DNA of 64,000 bases, taken from IMG/VR virus record IMGVR_UViG_3300046171_000252, positions 62,001-126,000 of that record. One strand, 5' to 3'. Every line of letters starts with the position of its first letter. Positions within the stretch are counted from its first letter, which is position 1. The position numbers and the translations under genes were made by a program. Shown here one piece after another: positions 44,099 to 53,765 of the stretch. Under the pieces are notes generated by a model. It was not told the DNA's origin and did not search any database. It saw nothing but the letters and a program-made list of their open reading frames with translations.

Positions 44099-44388
44099 TG
44101 AAAGACTTTAATAAATTTATTGAGGAGGCAGCATCAAAGAGATGTCCCTTAGGTCAATACTATTGTTATACAGATAAAAAATGTAAGCAAATCCCCAAAG
44201 GATATAAGATGGTGGGTCCTGCCGGATATCTACGTAAAGAAAACGGACATTCGGTAGATGATGGTAGTGATAGTGAAAGTAATAAAAATGGCAATGGCGG
44301 AAATGGAAATGGTGGCAATGGTAATGGTGGCAATGGTAATGGTGGAGGCAACGGTGGTGGAAATGGTGGCGGTGGTAATGGAGGATAA
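44098..44388 (+). CDS. Putative internal head protein with a Gly/Asn repeat tail
   Basis: N-terminus MKDFNKFIEE, three Cys, (GNG)n C-terminus. Confidence 0.6.
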   Translation: MKDFNKFIEEAASKRCPLGQYYCYTDKKCKQIPKGYKMVGPAGYLRKENGHSVDDGSDSESNKNGNGGNGNGGNGNGGNGNGGGNGGGNGGGGNGG

Positions 44389-44390
44389 TA

Positions 44391-44942
44391 ATGGCCAGAG
44401 CATTTGACAATCAAATACAAAACAGGAACTTTTTAGCACCTGTTGGATTTAAATTTACCTTAGCAAAAGAACCCAAGATTTCTTTTTTCTGCAACTCAGC
44501 AAGAATACCTGAAATAACACTAGGAAATTCTGTTCAACCGACATATCTCAAGGACATTGACATCCCTGGAGAAAAATTAACTTATGGTGATTTTTCTTTA
44601 AGATTTTTAGTTGATGAAAATCTTGAAAATTATATGAAGATGCACAACTGGTTGACTGGACTTGGATTTCCAGAAACCCCCCAACAGTTTAAAACTTTAA
44701 CAACTGATGAAATTTCAGGTGAAGGAGCACTCGATCAGCAGTTTAGTGATGCAAGTCTCCATATTTTGAATAGTAATTATAGAGATGTTGCTATTGTAAA
44801 ATTTAGAGATTTGTTTCCAGTTTCTCTTTCGTCCTTGGAATTTGATGCATCAGAAGCAGATATTCAATATTTTACGGCAGATGTCACATTTAAATATACA
44901 ATATATGATATACTAGGAGCAGACGGAAGAACACCTTTATAA
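44391..44942 (+). CDS. gp3: Tail completion protein gp3
   Basis: NFLAPVGFKF, FLVDENLENY, FRDLFPVSLS; position before uvsY. Confidence 0.85.
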   Translation: MARAFDNQIQNRNFLAPVGFKFTLAKEPKISFFCNSARIPEITLGNSVQPTYLKDIDIPGEKLTYGDFSLRFLVDENLENYMKMHNWLTGLGFPETPQQFKTLTTDEISGEGALDQQFSDASLHILNSNYRDVAIVKFRDLFPVSLSSLEFDASEADIQYFTADVTFKYTIYDILGADGRTPL

Positions 44943-44959
44943 CCATTTGATTTTTTATT

Positions 44960-45391
44960 ATGGACCTTGATAAAATTCAATTAATGTGGGAAAATGATTC
45001 AGTCATTGATCCAGACAATCTTCATGACGAAAGTTTAAAGATTCCCCAATTACATTGTAAATATTATACCATCTACAATACAATCACTCTGTTGAGAGAA
45101 AGAGCAAGAGACTCTTATAACAAAGTAAAGTTAGAAAGATACAATTACTATACCGGGAAAGCACCAGCAGAGGTGTATGCCGAAGAACCATTCCCTTATA
45201 AAGTAAGAGAGAAAGATGCCATTCAAAGATATATTGAAGCAGATGAAAAATTAACTAAGTTTGACCTTAAGATTAGATATTATGATACAACACTTAAGTT
45301 TTTAGAAGAAATTATTAAAACAGTTTCTAATAGAACCTTTCAAATTAAAAACGCAATTGAATGGCATAAGTTTCAATCTGGATTCAATTAA
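44960..45391 (+). CDS. uvsY: Recombination mediator UvsY
   Basis: ESLKIPQLHCKY, YYTGKA, RTFQIKNAIEW. Confidence 0.9.
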   Translation: MDLDKIQLMWENDSVIDPDNLHDESLKIPQLHCKYYTIYNTITLLRERARDSYNKVKLERYNYYTGKAPAEVYAEEPFPYKVREKDAIQRYIEADEKLTKFDLKIRYYDTTLKFLEEIIKTVSNRTFQIKNAIEWHKFQSGFN

Positions 45392-45395
45392 GGTC

Positions 45396-45403
45396 TATAA
45401 ATA
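45396..45403 (+). promoter_or_regulatory. Late promoter TATAAATA
   Basis: Exact consensus upstream of uvsW. Confidence 0.7.
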
Positions 45404-45424
45404 TTTTTATATTGATCTAGATGA

Positions 45425-46891
45425 ATGTCACATTTGATTATATCAAAGAAGAATGAAGTATATCTTCATGTCGATTCTGAGGTTCATATTCATTACGAAT
45501 TAGCAGATCAATTTACATTTGAAGTACCTGGCGCTCAATTTTCTCCATCTTATAAGAAGAAATATTGGGATGGAAAAATTCGTTTATTTAACATTCAAAC
45601 TAAGGAAATATATATTGGTCTTTAGATCGCATCGTTCAATTTTGTAAGGATCACGGATACACTTACGAATTTAAAGATAATAAGTATTACGGATTGCCAT
45701 TTGAAATTAATGATGGCATATCCAAAGAAGGTGTTAAAGATTACGTAACTGCAATATCAAAATACAAACCTAGAGACTACCAGATAGAGGGTGTATATGA
45801 CGCCTTAAGACATAATCGTAAGTTGCTGATATCTCCAACTGCTTCTGGAAAGTCTTTGATGATATATTCTCTCGTGAGATACTATGTTGAGAAGCGACAA
45901 AATATCTTGATAGTTGTTCCTACGACTTCGCTAGTAGAGCAGATGTATAAAGATTTTGAAGATTATGGGTGGAATGTGGGTTCATATTGCCACAAAATCT
46001 ATGCCGGAAAGGAAAGAGAAACTGACTCTCAGGTGATTATAACAACTTGGCAGTCTATCTATAAATTGCCAAGACAGTATTTTCTCTAGATTTAATGTGG
46101 TTATTGGAGATGAAGCACATCAATTCAAAAGTAAATCATTAATATCCATAATGACAAAACTTGCTGATGCCAAATATAGATTTGGATTTACCGGAACTCT
46201 TGATGGATCTCAAACTCATAAGTGGGTGTTAGAAGGATTGTTTGGTCCTTCATATAAAATTATTAAAACTGATGAATTAATGAGTAAGGGGCATTTGGCT
46301 AAACTGGATATTAATGTAATTCTACTGAAGCACTTACCGAATAAATTTGAAACTTATGAGGATGAAGTCCAGTATATCATAGGTCATGAACGAAGGAATA
46401 GGTTCATTAAAAATCTAGCACTTGATCTAAAAGGAAATACTCTAATACTTTTTGCAAGAGTTGAAGGTCATGGTCAACCGCTATATGAATTAATAAATAA
46501 TAGTAACTTGATTGAAAATCGTCATGTCTTTTTTGTTCATGGTGGTGTTGCCACTGAGGACAGAGAAAAAGTGAGAGAGATTACCGAAAAAGAAACTGGT
46601 GCAATTATTGTAGCATCTTATGGAACTTTCTCCACAGGAATTAATATTAAAAACCTTCATAACGTCATTTTTGCTTCTCCATCTAAGTCAAGAATTAGAA
46701 ATTTACAGTCAATAGGAAGAGTCCTCAGAAAGGGGGATAAAAAAACAAAAGCAACTCTATATGATATTGCCGATGATATCAGTTACAAGTCCAGAAAAAA
46801 TTATACATTAAATCACTTGATTGAAAGAATTAAAATTTATAACGAAGAAAATTTTAATTATGATATTGTAAACATACCGCTTAAAAACTAA
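45425..46891 (+). CDS. uvsW: SF2 helicase UvsW; two compensating T-run indels (~45621 -1, ~46082 +1)
   Basis: WDGKIRL, SPTASGKS, GDEAH, TGT, QSIGRVLR across three track ORFs that join after correction. Confidence 0.9.
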
Positions 46892-47319
46892 TGGGTGAAG
46901 AATTCTATTCAATAATAAAACTAGTATCAGGAGAAGAAATATTTTCTCTCATCTCAATTGAAGATGAAGAGGATCCAGCAATCATTCTTCAAAATCCTGT
47001 AATTATGAAATTAATTCATCATAAATCAGGAATGCATGTCAAAATAAAACAATGGATTGATTTGTCTGATGAAGATATTTTTATTATTAAATCCGATAAA
47101 ATTATTACAATGACAGAGAGTAATGATGAGAAATTAATTGGAATCTATAATGACTTTGTTGAAGAATCTGATGATGAAAATATTGATTTTGGGAATCCGG
47201 ATAGTTTCTACACTAGACCATCTACTAAAATGGGATATATATCTTCTGTTGAAAAAGCAAGAAAAGAATTAGAAGATATATTCAATAGAGAAATTCAAGA
47301 GAATCAATCTCCTGAATAA
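46891..47319 (+). CDS. Conserved hypothetical protein, Sm-like fold
   Basis: IKLVSGEEI...LQNPV pattern; position between uvsW and gp55. Confidence 0.7.
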   Translation: MGEEFYSIIKLVSGEEIFSLISIEDEEDPAIILQNPVIMKLIHHKSGMHVKIKQWIDLSDEDIFIIKSDKIITMTESNDEKLIGIYNDFVEESDDENIDFGNPDSFYTRPSTKMGYISSVEKARKELEDIFNREIQENQSPE

Positions 47320-47356
47320 TAGCTAGCTAGAACTTATCTTTAACGGGGACAAACCT

Positions 47357-47385
47357 AGTCTATATGTGATTACCAATCTTGTCAA
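47357..47385 (-). promoter_or_regulatory. Candidate antisense sigma70 promoter TTGACA-N17-TAGACT
   Basis: Plus-strand tgtcaa (47380-47385) and agtcta (47357-47362), 17-nt spacer. Confidence 0.5.
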
Positions 47386-47406
47386 GCCTTAAAAGTGTGC
47401 TATAAT
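47379..47406 (+). promoter_or_regulatory. sigma70 promoter for gp55: TTGTCA-N16-TATAAT with extended TG
   Basis: Read directly upstream of ATG 47445. Confidence 0.7.
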
Positions 47407-47444
47407 GTTATCAACATATTAATAAGGCGAGGAAACTCAATGCT

Positions 47445-47960
47445 ATGCCTAAGAAAAAACCAGAACATTACGTAAATAACAAAGAGTTGCTAGAGGCAAT
47501 GATTGTCTATCGCACCAAAGTTGGTATTGCGAGAGAAAAATTTATTGAGAAATATGATAAAGATCCACCAAAGTCCGGAGCATGGGAAGGCAAACCCAGA
47601 ATTCCTAATTATCTTGGTGAATGTTTTTTAAAGATTGCAACTCATCTTTCATATAAACCAAACTTTGTAAATTACATGTTCCGTGAGGATATGATTTCTG
47701 ATGGTATTGAAAACTGCGTTCAATACATTCATAATTTTAATCCAGAGAAATCTCAAAATCCCTTTGCCTATTTTACTCAAATTATTCACTATGCTTTCCT
47801 GAGAAGAATTCAAAAAGAGAAAAAGCAATTAGAAATCAAAACAAAGATTATTGAACGCACAGGATTTGATGAAGTCATGGTTATTGACAACAATGAACTT
47901 TCAGGTAATAATGCTGAGTATAATTCCATAAAAGATAACATTCAATATCGTAACCGATAA
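47445..47960 (+). CDS. gp55: Late transcription sigma factor gp55
   Basis: HYVNNKE, NFVNYMFREDMISDGIENC, NPFAYFTQI. Confidence 0.95.
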   Translation: MPKKKPEHYVNNKELLEAMIVYRTKVGIAREKFIEKYDKDPPKSGAWEGKPRIPNYLGECFLKIATHLSYKPNFVNYMFREDMISDGIENCVQYIHNFNPEKSQNPFAYFTQIIHYAFLRRIQKEKKQLEIKTKIIERTGFDEVMVIDNNELSGNNAEYNSIKDNIQYRNR

Positions 47961-47966
47961 AAAATT

Positions 47967-48251
47967 ATGAAAGATTATTCACGATATCTTGAGTTATATC
48001 AAATTGATGAACTCAAAGATCTCTTTGACAAATACGGATGGGAAGAATCTGACGATGTTGTCATTGAAATGGCAGGAACTCAGGTTTCTGGTATTGATGT
48101 GGGTGAGGAGTATAATAAGAAGTGGCAGTCTCCTATTGGCACTCGTAAATATAACAAAGATGCATTCATTGTTATCAAAAACCTTTCTCGTGATCCCGTT
48201 GTATCTTCTAAACCAATGGACAGGGATCACAAACCTCATCATTCCAAATGA
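47967..48251 (+). CDS. Hypothetical protein
   Basis: 94-aa ORF coupled (ATGA) to gp47. Confidence 0.65.
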   Translation: MKDYSRYLELYQIDELKDLFDKYGWEESDDVVIEMAGTQVSGIDVGEEYNKKWQSPIGTRKYNKDAFIVIKNLSRDPVVSSKPMDRDHKPHHSK

Positions 48252-49282
48252 AAATAGCAATCATTACAGATACTCATTATGGTGCTAGAAAAGGTTCTAA
48301 GCACCTTCATGACTACTTTGAGAAGTTCTATGATGATGTGTTCTTTCCGACCTTAGAGGAGCAAGGAATCACTACTGTGGTTCATATGGGAGATGCTTTT
48401 GATAGTCGTAAGTCAATTGATTATCAAAGTCTTGAGTGGTCAAAGAGAGTTGTATTTGAGAGACTCAAAAAATACGATGTTCACATGATTGTAGGAAATC
48501 ATGATTGTTATTATAAGAATACCAATAATGTAAACTCTCCAGAACTTCTTCTACAAACTTATAATAATATTAAAACTTATAATAAAATTACTGAAGTATT
48601 TCTAGATAAAACTAAAGTATTGTTTATTCCTTGGATCAATGCAGAAAACTTTGAGGATACTGTCAAGGTTGTCAAAACTACTGATAGCATATGTGCGATG
48701 GGGCACCTTGAGCTCAACGGATTCAGAGCGCATCGTGGACACGTCATGGAAGATGGTATGGCGTGCGACTTATTTGATAAGTTCGACAAAGTGTTTTCAG
48801 GACACTACCATACACGGTCAGACAACGGAAAAATCTTCTACTTAGGAAATCCTTATGAGATGTTCTGGAATGATGTGAATGATACAAGAGGATTTCATAT
48901 CTTTGATACGGATACCCTCACTCATACCCCAGTTAATAATCCTTATAAATTATTTTATAACATCTATTACGAAGATACTAATCACAAACTCTTCAATGCA
49001 ACTGAATATGAGAACAAGATTGTAAAGGTTATTGTTCGTAAAAAAACAAAACCCAAAGATTTTGAAAAGTTTATTGATAAGTTGTATTCTATTGGCGTCC
49101 AAGATCTAAAAATCATTGAAAACTTTGATATTCAAGAAAATGAGGATTTTGAAATAGGGGAGGAAGAAAATACTCTTTCAATTCTAAGTCGTTATATTGA
49201 TGAATCTGAAACACAGTATGATAAGAATATTATTAAAAATATTTTTCAAGAACTCTATAAACAAGCTTGCGAGGTAGAATAA
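48248..49282 (+). CDS. gp47: Recombination endonuclease gp47 (Mre11/SbcD-like)
   Basis: DTH, GDAFD, GNHD, SGHYH metallophosphoesterase motifs. Confidence 0.95.
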   Translation: MKIAIITDTHYGARKGSKHLHDYFEKFYDDVFFPTLEEQGITTVVHMGDAFDSRKSIDYQSLEWSKRVVFERLKKYDVHMIVGNHDCYYKNTNNVNSPELLLQTYNNIKTYNKITEVFLDKTKVLFIPWINAENFEDTVKVVKTTDSICAMGHLELNGFRAHRGHVMEDGMACDLFDKFDKVFSGHYHTRSDNGKIFYLGNPYEMFWNDVNDTRGFHIFDTDTLTHTPVNNPYKLFYNIYYEDTNHKLFNATEYENKIVKVIVRKKTKPKDFEKFIDKLYSIGVQDLKIIENFDIQENEDFEIGEEENTLSILSRYIDESETQYDKNIIKNIFQELYKQACEVE

Positions 49283-49283
49283 A

Positions 49284-49550
49284 ATGTATCTCCTCACTCT
49301 CAAAGAAAGTAAAGATGAGGGTGCTTATGCCGTGCAGGATAAGTATGGAGATAAGGTTCTTTTTCTTTTTGAGGAGGAAGATGATGCCGTTCGTTATGCT
49401 ATGATGCTTGAAGAGCAAGAAGAACAAACTATGGACGTTGTTGAGGTTGACGATGAACTTGCTATAAAAACTTGTAAAATACACAGTTACAAATATACTG
49501 TAATTACTTCTGATGACATTGTGATTCCCCCCAAGAATGATAACTTTTAA
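49284..49550 (+). CDS. Hypothetical protein (DUF3110-like)
   Basis: EGAYAV..LFEEEDDAVRYA.ML..DIVIPP. Confidence 0.6.
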   Translation: MYLLTLKESKDEGAYAVQDKYGDKVLFLFEEEDDAVRYAMMLEEQEEQTMDVVEVDDELAIKTCKIHSYKYTVITSDDIVIPPKNDNF

Positions 49551-51251
49551 AAATATTAAGTACAAGAATTTTTTAAGTACTGGAAATAATTGGACTGAGA
49601 TTGATTTTCAACAATATAATACGAACCTGATCATTGGAACGAATGGTGCGGGAAAAAGTTCTATGTTGGATGCACTTACTTTTGTATTGTTTAATAAACC
49701 ATTTCGCAAAATTAATAAACCACAACTAATCAATACCACAAACGAAAGAGAATGTTTAGTTGAGATTGAGTTCTCTGTGAATAGTCGTGATTATTTGGTT
49801 CGTCGTGGAATCAAACCAAATGTATTTGATATTGAGGTGAATGGTAATCCACTTCATAAGGAAGCAGATGATCGTGCCAATCAACGCATTCTTGAGGAAA
49901 GTATTCTTAAGGTAAATTATAAATCATTCACGCAAATTGTAATCTTAGGTAGCAGCACCTTTGTGCCTTTCATGCAACTTACAACTTCTAATCGTCGTGA
50001 AGTGATTGAAGATTTGTTAGATATTCGCATCTTCTCTGCGATGAATAATTTGGTCAAAGAAAAACTAAGGATAATGAGGGATCAATCCTAAATCCTTAGA
50101 TCTGAAAAAAGGATAATGTCAGAGATAAGATTGGGATGCAGGAAAACTTTATTAGCGAACTTGAAGAAAGGGGTAATGCCAATATAAATGCAAACCAAGA
50201 AAAAATTAATTCTTTGGATGCAGAAGTTCTTGCCTATATGAAAGAGAATTCTATCCTTGAAGAAGATGTATTTAAGTTCATTAAGGAACAGGAAAGTGTC
50301 ATTGGAGCAGGAGAAAAATTAGTAAAACTAAACAATCTTAAAGGAAAACTCTCTCAAAAAGTAGGCACAATTACCAAAGAACATAAGTTTTTCACCGAAA
50401 ATACGGTTTGTCCTACTTGCACTCAGGACATAGAAGAGGAGTTTAGGTTAAATAAGATTGTAGACGTTCAAAATAGAGCAAAAGAACTTCAGAGTGGTTA
50501 CCAAGAACTGGAAACCACCATTAAGTTTGAACAAGAAAAAGAACGTCAATTCAACTCACTATCTAAGGAGATTACTAAACTCAATAATGGCATTTCTCAA
50601 AACAATACTAGGGTATCTGGATGTCAACGACAAATCCGAGATTTGGAATCGGAAATTCAGAGACTTACCCAGCAAGTTGCAAACAGAAATACTGAACATG
50701 AGAAGTTAGCAGAGTTTAAAGTAACCCTCCAAAATACAATTGAAGACCTGTCCGATAAACGGATTGAAATGTCAAATTATGACTTTGCATATTCACTGCT
50801 CAAAGATGACGGTGTAAAAACGAAGATCATTAAAAAATATATTCCTTTCATTAATCAACAGGTTAATCGTTATCTGCAGATGATGGACTTCTATATCAAC
50901 TTCAATTTGGATGGTGAATTTAATGAGACCGTAAAATCGCCAATTCATGAAGATTTTTCTTATGCTTCTTTCAGTGAAGGTGAGAAAATGAGAATTGACC
51001 TAGCACTTCTTTTTACATGGAGAGAAGTTGCCCGTGTTAAGAATTCTGTCAATACAAATCTTTTAATTATGGATGAAGTATTTGACTCTTCACTTGATGG
51101 ATTTGGCACAGAAGAATTTCTTAAAATTATTAAATATGTCATTAAGGGTGCTAACATTTTTGTAATATCTCATAAATCAGATTTACATGACAAGTTTGAC
51201 AACGTGATAAAATTTGATAAGATAAAGGGATTCAGTAAAAAGGTATCATGA
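49537..51251 (+). CDS. gp46: Recombination ATPase gp46 (Rad50/SbcC-like); two +1 indels (~50087, ~50108)
   Basis: GTNGAGKS, Zn-hook CPTC, FSEGEK, IMDEVFD, ISH; junction reads DQSKSLDLKKDNV after correction. Confidence 0.92.
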
Positions 51252-51412
51252 CTGAAATTAATTGGAGAGAAGAGTACAAAAAGTACACCAACGACCCAAG
51301 AGATCTTAAAAGATTAGATGAGGGTGCCAGAAGTCTGGCACAGTCATGGCACTTACAATCCATGTACAATAAGTGGAAACGTATCAAAGGTATTTCCGAT
51401 GACAACACCTAA
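51248..51412 (+). CDS. Small hypothetical protein (54 aa)
   Basis: Hand translation MTEFNWREEYKKYTNDPRDLKRLDEGARSLAQSWHLQSMYNKWKRIKG...; ATGA overlap with gp46. Confidence 0.6.
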   Translation: MTEINWREEYKKYTNDPRDLKRLDEGARSLAQSWHLQSMYNKWKRIKGISDDNT

Positions 51413-51590
51413 TTGGCAACATCACTCCAAGAAGGAGCAGAAACGCACTCTCAAACCTCAGGCATTGAGGTCTAGTAAAGAAGCACTCAAACAATTTAAG
51501 AAGTGTCACATGAACCCGTTCAAAAAGCGGGTTTCGTCGTATTATGAGTCCATACGAACGAACTTCAATGACCGTTTCCCACGAGATTAA
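51399..51590 (+). CDS. Small basic hypothetical protein (MTTPNWQHHSKK...)
   Basis: ATG at 51399 within track ORF 51318-51590; the C-terminus runs over the next promoter. Confidence 0.5.
   Translation: MTTPNWQHHSKKEQKRTLKPQALRSSKEALKQFKKCHMNPFKKRVSSYYESIRTNFNDRFPRD
51490..51545 (+). promoter_or_regulatory. Early-type promoter: ACA.TT-N4-AAGTGTC box plus TATTAT -10
   Basis: Same architecture as 53687-53741; hairpin aacccg/cgggtt in between. Confidence 0.5.
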
Positions 51591-53682
51591 ATCTCAACTG
51601 GCCAAACTACTGGCAACCGAGGATTTAATTGTAGAGCACAAGAATGTTGAAACTGCTTGCTTCAACGTCCATACTCGGGTTCTGACGCTTCCAATGTGGG
51701 AAAAGGCAAGTAATAGTGTTTATGATATGTTAGTGGGTCATGAGGTGGGACATGCACTTTATACGCCTGATAGAGATTGGTTTTTGGAACTAAAGATTCC
51801 TCCACAGTTTGTGAATGTGGTTGAAGATGTCCGCATTGAAAAACTTATAAAACGTAGGTATGCGGGTATCGGCAAAACATTCTATCGTGGTTATCAGGAA
51901 CTTGCCGATCAAGATTTTTTTCAGATTGCTAATGAAAATGTTAATCTTATGAATCTTGCTGACAAAGCAAACTTATATTTTAAGATTGGAAATTTCACAA
52001 ACATTTCTTTTACTGAAGAGGAGATGGCAATCATTCGTATAATTGATGGTTGTGAGGATTTTGATGACACCTTATTTGCAGCAGAGGTTCTGTATAAATT
52101 TTGTAAAAAAGAGCAAGAAAAAGAACAAGATAGTAATATTGATAATCAAAATAGTCAACAATCCGATGAAGGAGATTCTACTGAAGAATCTGAATCTGGA
52201 GATTCTGAAGAGGGAGATTCGGCAGACTTAGAAACTCCTTCATATGAGCAGAAGGGAGGAGATGTTGGTAATGAAACTTTAGGTGATGAACTAAAAGTCT
52301 CTACTGCAGCTAATCTAGAAGATGCACTTAAACAACTTATAGATCATAGTGGATTTGAAAATGTCTATTTGGAGTTTCCTAAACTTGACTTAAAAAAAGT
52401 TGTCGTTCCTAATTCTAAGATTCATGAACTTTGTGCAGAAAACTGGAAATCTTATGCGGAAAACGAAAATGAATATGGAAAATCATTTCCATTAAGTTTC
52501 AGTATTTCTAAAGTCGATCAACAATATTCTAAATTCAAACGTTCTGCTCAGAAAGAAGTTAGTTATTTGGTAAAGGAGTTTGAATGTAAGAAAGCAGCAG
52601 ATGCTTATTCTCGTGCTTCTACATCTCGCACTGGCATTTTAGATTGCTCTAAACTTCATACCTACAAATATAACGAAGACCTCTTTAAAAAAATTACTAC
52701 CATTCCCGATGGTAAAAATCATGGTCTGGTATTTGTTTTGGATTGGAGTGGTTCTATGGGTAGTGTTTTACTTGATACTATGAAACAACTTTTCAATCTG
52801 GTTTGGTTTTGTAAGAAAGTAAATATTCCATTTGAAGTGTATGCATTCACCAATGATTATCCCTTAATTGATGAGAGAACAGGTTGTAGGGAAATTTCTT
52901 ATGAGAAAAAATCTGGTCTTGTATATGTTCCTGAATGGTTTTCTATGATGAATTTCCTTACCAGTAAGGTAAATGGAAAAGTTCTAGATGAGCAAATGAA
53001 AAATATTTTCAGAATTGCATATAGTCATGATTATCATTGTTCTTTTAGAGCTCCTGTTGGTTTAGGACTCTCTGGAACTCCCTTGAATGAGGCAATGATT
53101 TCTCTCCATCAAATCCTACCAAAATTTAAAGAAGAACATAAACTTCAAAAAGTTCAGTGTGTTGTTTTGACTGATGGAGAGGGATGTTCCTTAAGATATC
53201 ATCGTCAGATTGATCGCGGATATGTTGATGGTCCTTTTCTTGGAACTGGTAATATCGGGCATAGGTGCGTTTTGAGAGATAGGGGAACTGGAAACACATA
53301 TACCTTTAGTGATGAATGGGACGAAATGACTGATGTTCTTCTTCGCAACCTGAGGGATAATTTTGTTGATATAAATTTCATCGGTATTCGTATTCTTCAA
53401 TCCCGTGATGCCAAATCGTTTATGCGTAAGTACTATAAATTTTATTCTGAGGAATTTCGTAGACTAGAAAGTGTATGGAAAAAAAGAAAATCTTTTACAA
53501 TTAAAACTTCTGGATATCACAGTTATTTTGGTTTATCATCCTCTGCCTTAAATAGTGATGATGAATTTGAAGTGAATGAAGACGCAACTAAAACTCAGAT
53601 TAAGAGTGCGTTTGCAAAATCTCTCAACTCCAAAAAAATGAATAAGAAAATTCTTGGTGAGTTTATTTCTTTGGTGGCATAA
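51568..53682 (+). CDS. CobT-like protein: HExxH metallopeptidase-like domain, acidic linker and vWA domain
   Basis: GHEVGHALY, VEDVRIE, DWSGSM (MIDAS), GTPL, LTDGE; adjacent to a MoxR ATPase. Confidence 0.85.
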   Translation: MTVSHEIKSQLAKLLATEDLIVEHKNVETACFNVHTRVLTLPMWEKASNSVYDMLVGHEVGHALYTPDRDWFLELKIPPQFVNVVEDVRIEKLIKRRYAGIGKTFYRGYQELADQDFFQIANENVNLMNLADKANLYFKIGNFTNISFTEEEMAIIRIIDGCEDFDDTLFAAEVLYKFCKKEQEKEQDSNIDNQNSQQSDEGDSTEESESGDSEEGDSADLETPSYEQKGGDVGNETLGDELKVSTAANLEDALKQLIDHSGFENVYLEFPKLDLKKVVVPNSKIHELCAENWKSYAENENEYGKSFPLSFSISKVDQQYSKFKRSAQKEVSYLVKEFECKKAADAYSRASTSRTGILDCSKLHTYKYNEDLFKKITTIPDGKNHGLVFVLDWSGSMGSVLLDTMKQLFNLVWFCKKVNIPFEVYAFTNDYPLIDERTGCREISYEKKSGLVYVPEWFSMMNFLTSKVNGKVLDEQMKNIFRIAYSHDYHCSFRAPVGLGLSGTPLNEAMISLHQILPKFKEEHKLQKVQCVVLTDGEGCSLRYHRQIDRGYVDGPFLGTGNIGHRCVLRDRGTGNTYTFSDEWDEMTDVLLRNLRDNFVDINFIGIRILQSRDAKSFMRKYYKFYSEEFRRLESVWKKRKSFTIKTSGYHSYFGLSSSALNSDDEFEVNEDATKTQIKSAFAKSLNSKKMNKKILGEFISLVA

Positions 53683-53686
53683 CCAT

Positions 53687-53741
53687 AGACACTTAATTAA
53701 GTGTCTGACAAATGAAATTCAAAGCAATTTTCGACTATAAT
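53687..53741 (+). promoter_or_regulatory. Perfect 20-bp palindrome AGACACTTAATTAAGTGTCT plus TATAAT -10
   Basis: Palindrome 53687-53706; TATAAT at 53736-53741; no canonical -35. Confidence 0.65.
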
Positions 53742-53765
53742 AACTTCAGTCAAACAAAACAACCA

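Noticed and set aside
44117-44439. Pro-rich, His-rich and Thr/Ile-rich minus-strand ORFs
   Set aside because: They are reverse-complement translations of the GGN/AAT repeat in the + strand Gly/Asn tail.
51239-51393. Repeat aaaggtat at the ends of gp46 and the following small ORF as another junction duplication
   Set aside because: Only 8 bp in AT-rich DNA, which is expected by chance.
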